A stretch of DNA of 64,000 nucleotides from sequence record NC_047880.1; one strand, 5' to 3'. The stretch's first letter is position 1, and every line of letters begins with the position of its first letter. Shown in pieces: positions 17,508-26,850 of the stretch. Below the pieces are notes generated by a model, which saw nothing but the letters and a program-made list of their open reading frames with translations, ran no database searches and had not been told where the DNA came from. A program made the position numbers and the translations under genes.

Positions 17508-17816
17508 ATGAAAACATTACCGCTTAACTTAGCGGGCTTTGTTGTAGCGATTTATAGTCGCATTAAGTACCGTAGGGAAAGATTTAAAAACGAAATATTG
17601 GACGCGATTATAAAATTGAATCAACGAGACCGTAACCTGTTGTTCATCGTGTTTGATTTAGAAAACAATGACAGTGGCATAACTGCATTGTCTAACATGA
17701 GTCGCAGACAGCTTGCTGACCTGTGTGCTCAAAACTACGTGCGTGTCACAGGCAGAGATTGGTCTGTGTACCACACATTCAACCAAGTAGTATCTGCAAC
17801 TAGAAGATGGGGTTAA
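17508..17816 (+). CDS. hypothetical protein
   Basis: AAGGA SD, 102 aa. Confidence 0.7.
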   Translation: MKTLPLNLAGFVVAIYSRIKYRRERFKNEILDAIIKLNQRDRNLLFIVFDLENNDSGITALSNMSRRQLADLCAQNYVRVTGRDWSVYHTFNQVVSATRRWG

Positions 17817-17818
17817 TC

Positions 17819-18259
17819 ATGAGCGATATAGATATTCTGATCCGTGAATACCAACGGGCGTATCTGAAAGCGGAGTCATCACACTGGGGAAACGTTGCGT
17901 ACCACGTTGAAGATCTTACTGAGTGTTCGATCTACATGCGATTCCGTTCAGGCAGACAAGCTCTGTGGCAGCGACCCGTTCTTGTACTCGCAACAATCGA
18001 CGTGAAAAATCCGGGCAACGGTTTCTTCTCCAAGCTTCTCGCTGAAACGAAAGCCCTGTGTAAAGAACGCGACTGGGTGCTACAGCTTGAGAACGTGTTG
18101 ACTCCGCAGTTTCGTCGCTTCCTATCTCGTGGTGGATTCACACCACAAGGCGTAGACTCTGATTCTGATCATGGCAGTATGTACTGGTTCCATGACGAAA
18201 GTATCCTCAGCACAACGCCTATGCGACCTGAGTATTTTGAATTGATCAAACAGCTCTGA
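17819..18259 (+). CDS. putative GNAT-family acetyltransferase
   Basis: LATIDVKNPGNGFFSKLL (motif A-like) and ENVLTPQFRRFLSRGGF (motif B-like). Confidence 0.55.
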   Translation: MSDIDILIREYQRAYLKAESSHWGNVAYHVEDLTECSIYMRFRSGRQALWQRPVLVLATIDVKNPGNGFFSKLLAETKALCKERDWVLQLENVLTPQFRRFLSRGGFTPQGVDSDSDHGSMYWFHDESILSTTPMRPEYFELIKQL

Positions 18260-18275
18260 ACATTGATAACCACCC

Positions 18276-18305
18276 AAGCACTGGTCTGAAAAGGTCAGTG
18301 CTTTT
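18276..18305 (+). terminator. intrinsic terminator
   Basis: AAGCACTGGTCT-GAAA-AGGTCAGTGCTT followed by TT. Confidence 0.8.
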
Positions 18306-18326
18306 CCTACATTACTGGAGCACTAC

Positions 18327-19367
18327 ATGACTAACGAAACTGGCATGATGATTGATGAAGATGTTCTTGATTACCTCGAAGACAGACTCACGCATGAGAT
18401 GCAAGACATTACCAATGCGTTGAACAACCTGCTGTACGCACACCGCGCTGTGTTGCAGATCTCTCACCTTGAATCAGATGAAGACATTGCTGCATTGTCT
18501 CACGCTGACCTTACGCTGCTGCTCAAGCTGGCTGACCCGAACAGTTCTTACGACAACGTTACTCTGTCTAACAGAAAGATTCTCGGTCTTGTGCTGAATG
18601 CTCTGAACGTTGTAGAGTACCGCCTGCCGACATATCAATCCACGCTCTTGGAGAAACGTGCCTTTGAGCTAAATGAAGTTCTCATTCTCGACAAGACTGT
18701 AGGCCAAGGTGTTATCTTCTCTGCTGCATGGAACTGGCTGCACGGCATTCAAGATGTGAACCTCGATCAGATTGGATTCAGTGAAGTGCCTGAGACAGAT
18801 GGTATCTATCTCGTACTTGATGAACATAAGCAAGTGCGTATGGGCCGACTGTTCCACAACGCAGATGATGGACTTTCGTTTATTGAGCATCATGCAAATG
18901 AAAGTTCTGCGTGGCACAAGGCAGAAGAACTCAACGAAGATGAATTGCCTATTTGCTTACTCACTAACTGGGTTCTGGTTATACCTGAGATAGTGCCTAC
19001 AGTCCGTGCAACAGGTGCACCGCTTAAAGCTGCTACTGACTGCACTCGCATCTATGCGTTCGTGACAAACCTCAGCCCTCACGTTAAGACTGAACTTGTC
19101 ACACACTTCGCAGGCATTCTTGATCGTGAACTCAATTCCGTTCAAGCGATAGGTCGTCTGTCTGAACTTGACTGGCAGAACGCAGCCCGCGCCGTTGCTG
19201 ACGATGTGCTGTTACGCCTGAGTGACCGTACATCGTGGTCTACAGAGAAAGCGTGGCCGTGCTTTGTTGCTGTGTTAAAGGAGTTGGGCTTCAACTTCGA
19301 AACCCATCAGTTCGATGCTCAATATGAGTATGGTGCTAACGATGAAGAACATGATACAGATTCGTAA
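18327..19367 (+). CDS. hypothetical protein
   Basis: 346-aa ORF with GGAG SD. Confidence 0.85.
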   Translation: MTNETGMMIDEDVLDYLEDRLTHEMQDITNALNNLLYAHRAVLQISHLESDEDIAALSHADLTLLLKLADPNSSYDNVTLSNRKILGLVLNALNVVEYRLPTYQSTLLEKRAFELNEVLILDKTVGQGVIFSAAWNWLHGIQDVNLDQIGFSEVPETDGIYLVLDEHKQVRMGRLFHNADDGLSFIEHHANESSAWHKAEELNEDELPICLLTNWVLVIPEIVPTVRATGAPLKAATDCTRIYAFVTNLSPHVKTELVTHFAGILDRELNSVQAIGRLSELDWQNAARAVADDVLLRLSDRTSWSTEKAWPCFVAVLKELGFNFETHQFDAQYEYGANDEEHDTDS

Positions 19368-19563
19368 AAAGTTATATTTGAATGTGACAGCCTTAGTGCT
19401 GTCCTTCATTCTTATCACACTGCTTTGTTGGTCCGACCTAAACATATTTGCGTTTGCATACGCTATGCTGCTGGGTCTATCTCTATTCTGCGCAGGCGTT
19501 GCTATTGGCCGCGTAGAAAAAACAATTGAAGAACTATTTGAAAAGGAAGATCAGAATGGCTAA
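19351..19563 (+). CDS. small membrane protein (2 TM)
   Basis: Two hydrophobic stretches; start approximate. Confidence 0.65.
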   Translation: MIQIRKKLYLNVTALVLSFILITLLCWSDLNIFAFAYAMLLGLSLFCAGVAIGRVEKTIEELFEKEDQNG

Positions 19564-20101
19564 GTCACTCGGCGTATACATGACATACGTGTTACGTCAC
19601 AGTCCGCAATCAATCGGTATTGCTATGGACACTCAGGGTTGGGTATCAGTTTCTGATTTCTTGCAGAAGCAACAATGGCACAAGACAAAGACTGTCTCTC
19701 TGGAAATGCTGATCGAAGAAGTGGCGAATGACGAGAAAGGCAGATTCGAGTTGAACACAAGTCAGACCAAGATTCGTTGTGTTCAAGGACACTCCGTCGA
19801 GCATGTGATTCTTAACTTGCAGGACTACATGCCTGAAGATTACCTGTATCACGGTACTGCTGAAAAGAACTTGGCAATCATCTTACAGGAAGGTCTGAGC
19901 AAGATGCGCCGCAAGCACGTTCACATCTCTGACAACCAAACTACTGCAATGCAAGTAGGTCAGCGACACGGCAAACCTGTTGTGCTTTCAGTTGACGCCG
20001 CTACTATGGCTTCTCATGGATATAAGTTCTACCGTGCAGAGAACGGAGTCATTTTGATTAACGAAGTACCTCCACGATATCTTAGGATTGCTCATGAATA
20101 A
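19556..20101 (+). CDS. kptA: RNA 2'-phosphotransferase (Tpt1/KptA family, NAD+-dependent)
   Basis: YVLRH, DEKGRFE, IRCVQGHS, LYHGT, KMRRKHVH and RHGKPVVL motifs. Confidence 0.92.
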   Translation: MAKSLGVYMTYVLRHSPQSIGIAMDTQGWVSVSDFLQKQQWHKTKTVSLEMLIEEVANDEKGRFELNTSQTKIRCVQGHSVEHVILNLQDYMPEDYLYHGTAEKNLAIILQEGLSKMRRKHVHISDNQTTAMQVGQRHGKPVVLSVDAATMASHGYKFYRAENGVILINEVPPRYLRIAHE

Positions 20102-20492
20102 AAGATACTATCAATATCTAGGTGGTCGTCGATTCGTCAGATCGCCTAGCGGTACTTGGTACTTCGTGTTTCAGCGCGATGGTGCTATGGTAACGAACAG
20201 CAACGGAACAACGTTCTACCGTACAGGTTCAGAAGTGTGGAAAGATATCACGATGACTGAACGTAACCAACTTGAACGCATGTTCGTGGAATCGAGACAA
20301 GCCGAACGCAAAGTAATGAAAGAGGAAGATATGCACTGGCTGACCCTGATCCGTGTTCTTATCAATGACTCAATGATTGAAAGCAACGAAAACAAGGCCG
20401 AATTGGCGGGGCTTTTAGATGGGCTGCGCATAGCGTCATATCAAGAGAAGCTGTCTGATCTAGACACATTATTGGACAAAACGTCTGTATAA
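20088..20492 (+). CDS. hypothetical protein
   Basis: 134-aa ORF. Confidence 0.7.
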   Translation: MLMNKRYYQYLGGRRFVRSPSGTWYFVFQRDGAMVTNSNGTTFYRTGSEVWKDITMTERNQLERMFVESRQAERKVMKEEDMHWLTLIRVLINDSMIESNENKAELAGLLDGLRIASYQEKLSDLDTLLDKTSV

Positions 20493-20516
20493 AGTGTAAG
20501 CACAACCTGATATACT
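20473..20516 (+). promoter_or_regulatory. boxed promoter, variant copy
   Basis: TGGACAAAACGT, 23 nt, then TG-A-TATACT. Confidence 0.6.
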
Positions 20517-20567
20517 ATCTATGAACGCTAGACATTCTGTTTAGCTATTTACATGAGGAACATGTAC

Positions 20568-21911
20568 ATGAAAAAGATCAAACACACTTTCCGCCTTGCT
20601 GACTTGGTTCACATCAAACCAAACACAAAGAAAACCCGCAGTCACTTCGAATCCGATGTTGATGCAATCGTCGTTGGTCGTGATGATGAAGAAGACAAGT
20701 ATGACCTTCACATTAAAGGTGTTGGTGTAAGTGCTTGGTACCCAGCAGAAGATCTGATTCTGATCAAACATGATCAGAGCGAACTGCTTGACCAGTGGGA
20801 ATCAGGCAACTACGGGAAAAAGAAGCGCAAGATTCCTAAGACGCTGCGCAACTTCACAGCGATTCTGCCTGTGACCTGCAACGCCGATTGTTCGTTCTGT
20901 CCAGAGAAAGAGATGGAAACGAAAGCAGGCCAGAAAGAATGGCAAGACAATTTGATCGCTTCTATTCTTGCGCATGAACATCGCTTCGACCACGTATCAA
21001 TCAGTGGAGGCGAACCTACTCTGCGTCAGAAATTCCTGTTCGAAACGATCGACCGTATTCTGTCTGAGACTTCAATCAAGAAAGTCGGTCTGACCTCCAA
21101 CGGCCAATTCCTTGAGAAGCATAATAACACTCTGGACTTTCTTGATCGTAACACAACGCTTGAGATGACGAGCAAGCTGTCGCATCTGAATATCAGTATG
21201 CACTCATTCAACCGTGACCGTGCAAACGAAATTATGGGCGTGAAGTATCAGCACAGTCTGGAAGAGCTTGCCCGCTTTCGTCGTCAGTTAGGTCGCAACG
21301 TTAGCTTCCACATTAACTTTGTTCTGAATGAAAAGTCCGATGACTATCAGAAAGAGTTTCTGGCAGCACAAGCTTTCATGAAAGAACATCCGTACATTGA
21401 TGTTGTATTCCGTGTTGACTACAACAACAAAGAGCTGTCGCAAGAGCTGCGCGACTACGCTATGGCCGTTGAAGAGTATCACGCACAATCTGCTGATGCT
21501 GTTAAACGCCGCTTGAAGTTCAAGGCGCCTAAAGTATTACGTCCTAAGCTTGTTCAGAAGTTTGATGGAGTCTTCGGGCATAACGAAGATCACGAAGAAG
21601 GTGCTTGGACAACGGGCTGTCCGTCTTGCTTCACTCACTGTTCTGATTCCGTCAACAATAGTCATGCGTACTTGAAAGCGAGTTCATACGAACCGAATGA
21701 AGATGAAGATGAATACACTGAGATGGTGTTTCACATGGACGGTAAGTTGTACTTCGATTGGTCGCGTGTGGATGTAGTGCCTGCTAAGAAACCGAAAGCA
21801 AAGAAAGTTGTGGCGAAAGCTAAGAAAGAAAAGACTAAACGCGATTGTGTGTACTACCCGCGTTCTGGTTGTTCTTATGCTCGTACTGGCGTAGGCTCTT
21901 GTCAATTCTAA
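20568..21911 (+). CDS. radical SAM protein with extra N-terminal domain and Cys-containing tail
   Basis: CNADCSFC (CxxxCxxC) at 20877-20900, SISGGEPT, LTSNG, LNISMHS. Confidence 0.9.
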   Translation: MKKIKHTFRLADLVHIKPNTKKTRSHFESDVDAIVVGRDDEEDKYDLHIKGVGVSAWYPAEDLILIKHDQSELLDQWESGNYGKKKRKIPKTLRNFTAILPVTCNADCSFCPEKEMETKAGQKEWQDNLIASILAHEHRFDHVSISGGEPTLRQKFLFETIDRILSETSIKKVGLTSNGQFLEKHNNTLDFLDRNTTLEMTSKLSHLNISMHSFNRDRANEIMGVKYQHSLEELARFRRQLGRNVSFHINFVLNEKSDDYQKEFLAAQAFMKEHPYIDVVFRVDYNNKELSQELRDYAMAVEEYHAQSADAVKRRLKFKAPKVLRPKLVQKFDGVFGHNEDHEEGAWTTGCPSCFTHCSDSVNNSHAYLKASSYEPNEDEDEYTEMVFHMDGKLYFDWSRVDVVPAKKPKAKKVVAKAKKEKTKRDCVYYPRSGCSYARTGVGSCQF

Positions 21912-21922
21912 GGGGATAAAAA

Positions 21923-22477
21923 ATGAAACCTGTTGAACATTCCGAAGGTTACTGGGCATCTGCACTCTGCCCTCTTCTGCCTACAGCGATTCATAAAGAT
22001 CGCGCATGGCACGGCAAGAAACTGTTTCTTGCAAAACTTGATCGCGTAGAGTTGCAAGCGAACCGTGTGCAATTCCGTGGCATCTCTAAATGTCGTCTGT
22101 GTAACTGTCAGAACGGTGGAGGTACCTTTGAGTATCTCGGCTGGCGTTGGCCTCAAGGCTATTCTCATTACATCGACGAGCACAACATCAAGCCGTCTGC
22201 TGAGTTCTTTGAATTCGTTAATCGCTGTACGACCGACCCGAAGATCAAAGTAGACGTTAGCACAGGCGTAACGAAAAAAGAGATGTTGCTTCTGGAGCAT
22301 GTTGCATGTGCCTATGCAGGCAGCGAGCAAGTGCGCCTCCATGCAATGTATATTGTGGCTAAGATGCTACGTGCTGAACGCGGCCAGAACATGCCGCACA
22401 CTAACGTGGTTATTGTTGATGAAAATAGTAGCGAAGACGAACTCCGCGCTGCTCTGAAAAGAATGGGAGTCTTATAA
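21923..22477 (+). CDS. hypothetical protein (CxxC + WPxGYxHYIxxHNxKP motif)
   Basis: CRLCNC..WRWPQGYSHYIDEHNIKPS, a probable metal-binding motif. Confidence 0.75.
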   Translation: MKPVEHSEGYWASALCPLLPTAIHKDRAWHGKKLFLAKLDRVELQANRVQFRGISKCRLCNCQNGGGTFEYLGWRWPQGYSHYIDEHNIKPSAEFFEFVNRCTTDPKIKVDVSTGVTKKEMLLLEHVACAYAGSEQVRLHAMYIVAKMLRAERGQNMPHTNVVIVDENSSEDELRAALKRMGVL

Positions 22478-22809
22478 TGTATTCTGTTTATTACACTGCG
22501 TACCATACGTGGCGCAAACGCTTTTCTGCTGTCGTCGTGTTGTTAGTTCTGACTCTGATTGCTCAGGGTTACATGAGCCAAACAATGGCGAACAGTTACT
22601 GGATGTGGATTGGCATTCTGTACATCATACCGCTTGCTGTTAGTTGGTACTACATGGCTTTCTATAGTGACTGTCTGATTTCTGATTTGCAGGCAGGAAC
22701 TCACGTTGTCTGTCCTGGCTATGACAAGTGGAAAAAGCGACACATCGCTTGGTACACAAAACGTTTTGGCAGCGCACCTCGTATTAAACAGATGGGGGAT
22801 AATAACTAA
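22477..22809 (+). CDS. membrane protein (2 TM)
   Basis: Two hydrophobic helices. Confidence 0.75.
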   Translation: MYSVYYTAYHTWRKRFSAVVVLLVLTLIAQGYMSQTMANSYWMWIGILYIIPLAVSWYYMAFYSDCLISDLQAGTHVVCPGYDKWKKRHIAWYTKRFGSAPRIKQMGDNN

Positions 22810-23135
22810 TGATTACTTTCCTTCTCCGTGCTCTAGGCCTGCGCTACCCCTCAGTCTATTGTGCCCTGAACAATATGCGCAAAGATTGTGTGCGTATCTC
22901 CTATGACTCTTACGTTGTAAAAAATTCTTCTGGACTAGCCGAAGCAATCAATGACTATATCAAAAATACTTACGATATGGTTAGCCCTAATGATCGTGAT
23001 ACAGCTTCGGCGTTGCGCGTTAATCTTTTAGAAGGTGCAACAAACGTGCATTATCCTAGCGTTGTGTGGGTGACGCAGAGTTCATTAGAAATTCTGCATG
23101 TTGATTATGATCAATCTGATGCGTACGGAGCGTAG
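22809..23135 (+). CDS. hypothetical protein
   Basis: Stop/start overlap, 108 aa. Confidence 0.7.
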   Translation: MITFLLRALGLRYPSVYCALNNMRKDCVRISYDSYVVKNSSGLAEAINDYIKNTYDMVSPNDRDTASALRVNLLEGATNVHYPSVVWVTQSSLEILHVDYDQSDAYGA

Positions 23136-23138
23136 CTA

Positions 23139-23615
23139 ATGAGTCGTCTGTTTACTGAGAACCACCGCAAGAAACATCACGTTGCTTCAACTGACCCTAA
23201 GTATCATGGTGCTGAGTGTGAAGCAATCTATCTCAACGGTATGGAGTTGTTGAAAGAGCATCACTACCTACGCTCTGTGCTGACCAACATAAATATTGTT
23301 TCTAGTTCTTCTGGCATCACTAATAAGACAACGCGCAAGACTCGTAACGCTTGGGTGAAAGCTGTTGCTGCCCTAGCAGACGAACCGCGTAGTCGTGCAA
23401 CTCTTATTGCTCGGTACAACGATGTTGCCGAGCTGCTGAAAGATGCAAGGCACTCTTATTCCGAGTACCACAGCGAACGACACGGCGTGCCTATCCTGTA
23501 TCACGTAGTCGACCCGCGTATGCAGGTTCTCGTCAAGTGTCACACTCACGGGTATGCCCGTCACTATATCGACTCAACGGGCATCATCGCAAAACTTAAA
23601 TATATTAAGGTGTAA
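23139..23615 (+). CDS. hypothetical protein
   Basis: 158 aa, GGAG SD. Confidence 0.75.
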   Translation: MSRLFTENHRKKHHVASTDPKYHGAECEAIYLNGMELLKEHHYLRSVLTNINIVSSSSGITNKTTRKTRNAWVKAVAALADEPRSRATLIARYNDVAELLKDARHSYSEYHSERHGVPILYHVVDPRMQVLVKCHTHGYARHYIDSTGIIAKLKYIKV

Positions 23616-23619
23616 AGAA

Positions 23620-23877
23620 ATGGCTGTAGGCTTTGGACCTGCTGATGGTGTTCAAGATACCATCCACGCAAACTTGATGAATGAACTTGATCGCGTTCGT
23701 TCAGAACTTCAAGGTAGTGGTAGCGATTATTGCCATGACTGTGACGCAGAGATTCCAGTCATGCGCAAGCTTGCAATGCCGAACGCTATCTACTGTGTAA
23801 GCTGTCAATCAGATCACGACGGCAGCGCTCACGTTTCCTACAACCGACGTGGCTCGAAAGACTCACAGTTGAGGTAA
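23620..23877 (+). CDS. ybiI: DksA/TraR C4-type zinc-finger protein (YbiI-like)
   Basis: CHDCDAEIP..R..A.P...CVSCQ, and C-terminal YNRRGSKDSQLR matching E. coli YbiI as recalled. Confidence 0.9.
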   Translation: MAVGFGPADGVQDTIHANLMNELDRVRSELQGSGSDYCHDCDAEIPVMRKLAMPNAIYCVSCQSDHDGSAHVSYNRRGSKDSQLR

Positions 23878-23879
23878 GT

Positions 23880-24245
23880 ATGGGTATCAGATATATTCCT
23901 CGTTGGATTTACCTGAGTATCAAACGTGTCGTTCTCTCCATCGAATTGAAACTGCTCGAACGTAAAGTCCAGCGAACGGAAGAACAAAGAGTTGTGTTCG
24001 ATGCGATTGCGAACATGGGCGTTCGTGGTCATCAAGTCTTGGTTTACTTTGATCGTTACTACAAGAAACCTCGTGGCATTAGTCACAATCTTGTTTACTT
24101 GTGGCCGAAGAAAACATTGCATCAAGTATTCCACAATAACGGTATTGAAGTGTCAGACACACCTGACTACGAAGTTGCGTTCAACCAACTACTCGACAAA
24201 GTATACAGAGAAGATAAGCATGAAACCGACTATATGGAAAGTTAA
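23880..24245 (+). CDS. hypothetical protein
   Basis: GAGG SD, 121 aa. Confidence 0.75.
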   Translation: MGIRYIPRWIYLSIKRVVLSIELKLLERKVQRTEEQRVVFDAIANMGVRGHQVLVYFDRYYKKPRGISHNLVYLWPKKTLHQVFHNNGIEVSDTPDYEVAFNQLLDKVYREDKHETDYMES

Positions 24246-24579
24246 GTACACGCAGAAAGATAAGCCAAGCAATACGCATGGCGCTATCTTTTTCTCTCAA
24301 GAGGACTTTGAGAAATCTGCGTGGTTGCACTCTCTCAATTTCACTGTCGATGTTCAGACATTCATTGAGCTGCCGCTTGATTCGTTTCAATACCCAAACG
24401 TACCAAGCACCACGGAACCTCCGCGTATCTTTAGCGTTAAGCATTACACAGGCGACGAGCATCCGTCACTGATAGGCATGAAGCAATACTTCCACGTCAT
24501 TGGTGATCGTGAGGAAGTACAAGAGTTTGCTGACATGCTCAACACCGCACTGCTGTGTGCGTCAAAAGTTAAACAGTAG
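24220..24579 (+). CDS. hypothetical protein
   Basis: ATG at 24220 in the 23992 frame. Confidence 0.7.
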   Translation: MKPTIWKVKYTQKDKPSNTHGAIFFSQEDFEKSAWLHSLNFTVDVQTFIELPLDSFQYPNVPSTTEPPRIFSVKHYTGDEHPSLIGMKQYFHVIGDREEVQEFADMLNTALLCASKVKQ

Positions 24580-24586
24580 GTGAATC

Positions 24587-24922
24587 ATGAACGAGAAATT
24601 CGGTGGAATCTCTGACGAAGAAGTGGAAGTCTTCTTGAAGCAGAATGGTTTTATGCAAGTGCGTAAGCTTGAGACAGGTGAATGGATTGGACTGATGCGC
24701 CTAGCATTCACAATGAGCGTGTGTTGTGATATTGATGACATGACACCGTTTCGTTATCGTTGGTGTTTCAGCGAACTTGCCGAAGCCATGCACTTCTTCG
24801 CTGTATGCAAGTCTGTGACAGAAGTACCAGAAGAAGATCGTAGACATTCACTTGCTGGTCATCGGTACATTGATAAGCCGTTACTCGTTCTGTACAACGA
24901 AGTGGGGCTGCCTCGCTGGTAG
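24587..24922 (+). CDS. hypothetical protein
   Basis: AGGTG SD, 111 aa. Confidence 0.8.
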   Translation: MNEKFGGISDEEVEVFLKQNGFMQVRKLETGEWIGLMRLAFTMSVCCDIDDMTPFRYRWCFSELAEAMHFFAVCKSVTEVPEEDRRHSLAGHRYIDKPLLVLYNEVGLPRW

Positions 24923-24973
24923 TCGATACGATTCTGTAAATCCCCTCTATAACTGTTGAGTAAGGAAAAGAAA

Positions 24974-25339
24974 ATGATTAAACAACTTCCGAACATCGTC
25001 AAAGGTATGAACTGTGACGATGCTGCCGATTACGTCGGACTTCACGAGTACAGCGCTACTGTCAAAGGTACGTGGCGTCTCATTCACGGTTTGAGTGCAA
25101 GCGGTGAACGGGTCGTTGTCCTGTCCGTACCTCAAGAACATCATGTGCTGCCTGACTATAAAGGCGTTCAGACTCTTATCCACTACGGCTTCAAAGAAGT
25201 GGACGCTCTGCTTGCGTTGTGTATTCATCGTAACGAGTATGCACAAATGAAGAAGAAAGACAGAGCTGCCAAACGTAAAGCAGCCGAAGTAAAACAACAA
25301 CCGCGTCGCAGCGGTCCTGTATCTCTCGACGATCTTTAA
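24974..25339 (+). CDS. hypothetical protein
   Basis: AAGGA SD, ATG at 24974. Confidence 0.75.
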   Translation: MIKQLPNIVKGMNCDDAADYVGLHEYSATVKGTWRLIHGLSASGERVVVLSVPQEHHVLPDYKGVQTLIHYGFKEVDALLALCIHRNEYAQMKKKDRAAKRKAAEVKQQPRRSGPVSLDDL

Positions 25340-25348
25340 GGAACAATC

Positions 25349-26065
25349 ATGACAACTAAACCTGAACTGAGTGAGTTCGCTAAAAGCGGCCGTATCGTTC
25401 GTCAATGTGAAATCCGTCTGGCTCTTGCTGATTGCTATCGGACTCTGCGTGATAACACATTCTTGCAGTCGATTGAATTGCCTGCTGATGAACGTAAAGC
25501 ATTCAACATGTTCACGTCTACCATGGACGAAGGCGATTGTGTACGCTTCCAGTCAATGGTATCAACGTGTGCATTCGCTCTCGATAAGTTTTGTAGCGGC
25601 GCACTGACTGATCTCTCTAAACTGATTGCGCTTCATTATGATCGCAGCCGTGAAGAAGATAGCGTCCGCACTTCTATTCACCCGCATCAACAAGCTATCA
25701 TGGATGATCTTGCACGTACTGAAGGTGCAACTATTCATGTGGCTTCTGTTGAGCCTGAAGAAGACATTCGCACATTCGTTGCTGCGTTGATCGAATACAT
25801 CAAAGAGCATCTGGACGAAGAAGACCGCGAGCCGTGTGTAATCGAAATCTGCGAAGCGCTTGAAGGTGAAGAGTACGATATCTTCGCAGACAAGACCGAA
25901 GACGAGATGTTCGCGTTCTTGCGTGAAGCGATGTTTGCCACAGACATTCCTGTTGAAGATCTCAAAGAAGATGTTCTGAATGTTATTCAAGGAAACGGCT
26001 GGCCTCAAGTTGGTATCTTCGGGGCTGACGAGGCTGACGATGAAAACTACGCACTCGCTCCTTAA
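25349..26065 (+). CDS. hypothetical protein with acidic C-terminal half
   Basis: AAGGA SD, 238 aa. Confidence 0.85.
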   Translation: MTTKPELSEFAKSGRIVRQCEIRLALADCYRTLRDNTFLQSIELPADERKAFNMFTSTMDEGDCVRFQSMVSTCAFALDKFCSGALTDLSKLIALHYDRSREEDSVRTSIHPHQQAIMDDLARTEGATIHVASVEPEEDIRTFVAALIEYIKEHLDEEDREPCVIEICEALEGEEYDIFADKTEDEMFAFLREAMFATDIPVEDLKEDVLNVIQGNGWPQVGIFGADEADDENYALAP

Positions 26066-26237
26066 TCGTTACTGGCGCGAACTGATCATTGTGATTGTGT
26101 TCGCTGCCGTTGCTACTGCTGTTATTTTCCTTGGAGTAGAAAGCCCGAAGGTTGTCGTGATAGTGGCAATCATCTGTGCTCTCTACTTCATTGCTGTTCA
26201 GGTCTGTAGACCATCTTATGGGGATAAGAAAGAATGA
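26040..26237 (+). CDS. small membrane protein (2 TM)
   Basis: GAGG SD, two hydrophobic helices. Confidence 0.7.
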   Translation: MKTTHSLLNRYWRELIIVIVFAAVATAVIFLGVESPKVVVIVAIICALYFIAVQVCRPSYGDKKE

Positions 26238-26794
26238 AAAAGAATGAAGTTAAACTGAGTGCGAAAGATATTGAAGCAGGCAAGAAGCAAATCTTAGACA
26301 TGTGCCTGCATTACGGTATCACTGTTGAAGCTGGTGGCGTGGGTTATGAAACGCTGTACACCGATGACATGGATGAAACGCAAGGCGGCTGGTATTGTTC
26401 TTTCGATAAGAAGATGAAAGAGCGACTGCGTGAAGCGCGTGTTACTTCGTGGCAGAACATCGGCATGGTGTCTGATGATACCATCAACGGCTTACTCGTC
26501 AATCTGCGTGACTTAGGCACCAAGCTGCGCAATCGCCGCAAAGCAGATCCTCAGACTGGTCTGACTAAAGCTGAGACTCTGACTAAAATGAAAGTGGCCA
26601 ACACAAAAGCTGCGATCAACAAGTTCCACAGCACGGGTGCTCTGACTGATGAAGAACTCAATCTTTGCATCAAGCACTATCAAACCTTAGAGCAAGCAAT
26701 TCATGCAGACCAAACACTGCAACTTGCTTGGGCTTATGTGTCGCAGAGTCTAAACACTCTCGTCCAGTTTAAAGAAGCACGTAAGCGCAAGTAA
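26234..26794 (+). CDS. hypothetical protein
   Basis: 186 aa, ATGA overlap. Confidence 0.8.
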   Translation: MKKNEVKLSAKDIEAGKKQILDMCLHYGITVEAGGVGYETLYTDDMDETQGGWYCSFDKKMKERLREARVTSWQNIGMVSDDTINGLLVNLRDLGTKLRNRRKADPQTGLTKAETLTKMKVANTKAAINKFHSTGALTDEELNLCIKHYQTLEQAIHADQTLQLAWAYVSQSLNTLVQFKEARKRK

Positions 26795-26797
26795 CAT

Positions 26798-26828
26798 AAT
26801 GGGAGATCTCGACAAGAGGTTTCCCATT
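26798..26828 (+). terminator. intrinsic terminator-like hairpin
   Basis: AATGGGAGATCTC-GACAA-GAGGTTTCCCATT. Confidence 0.65.
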
Positions 26829-26850
26829 AGTCATTTCTGGAGCAAATTTT

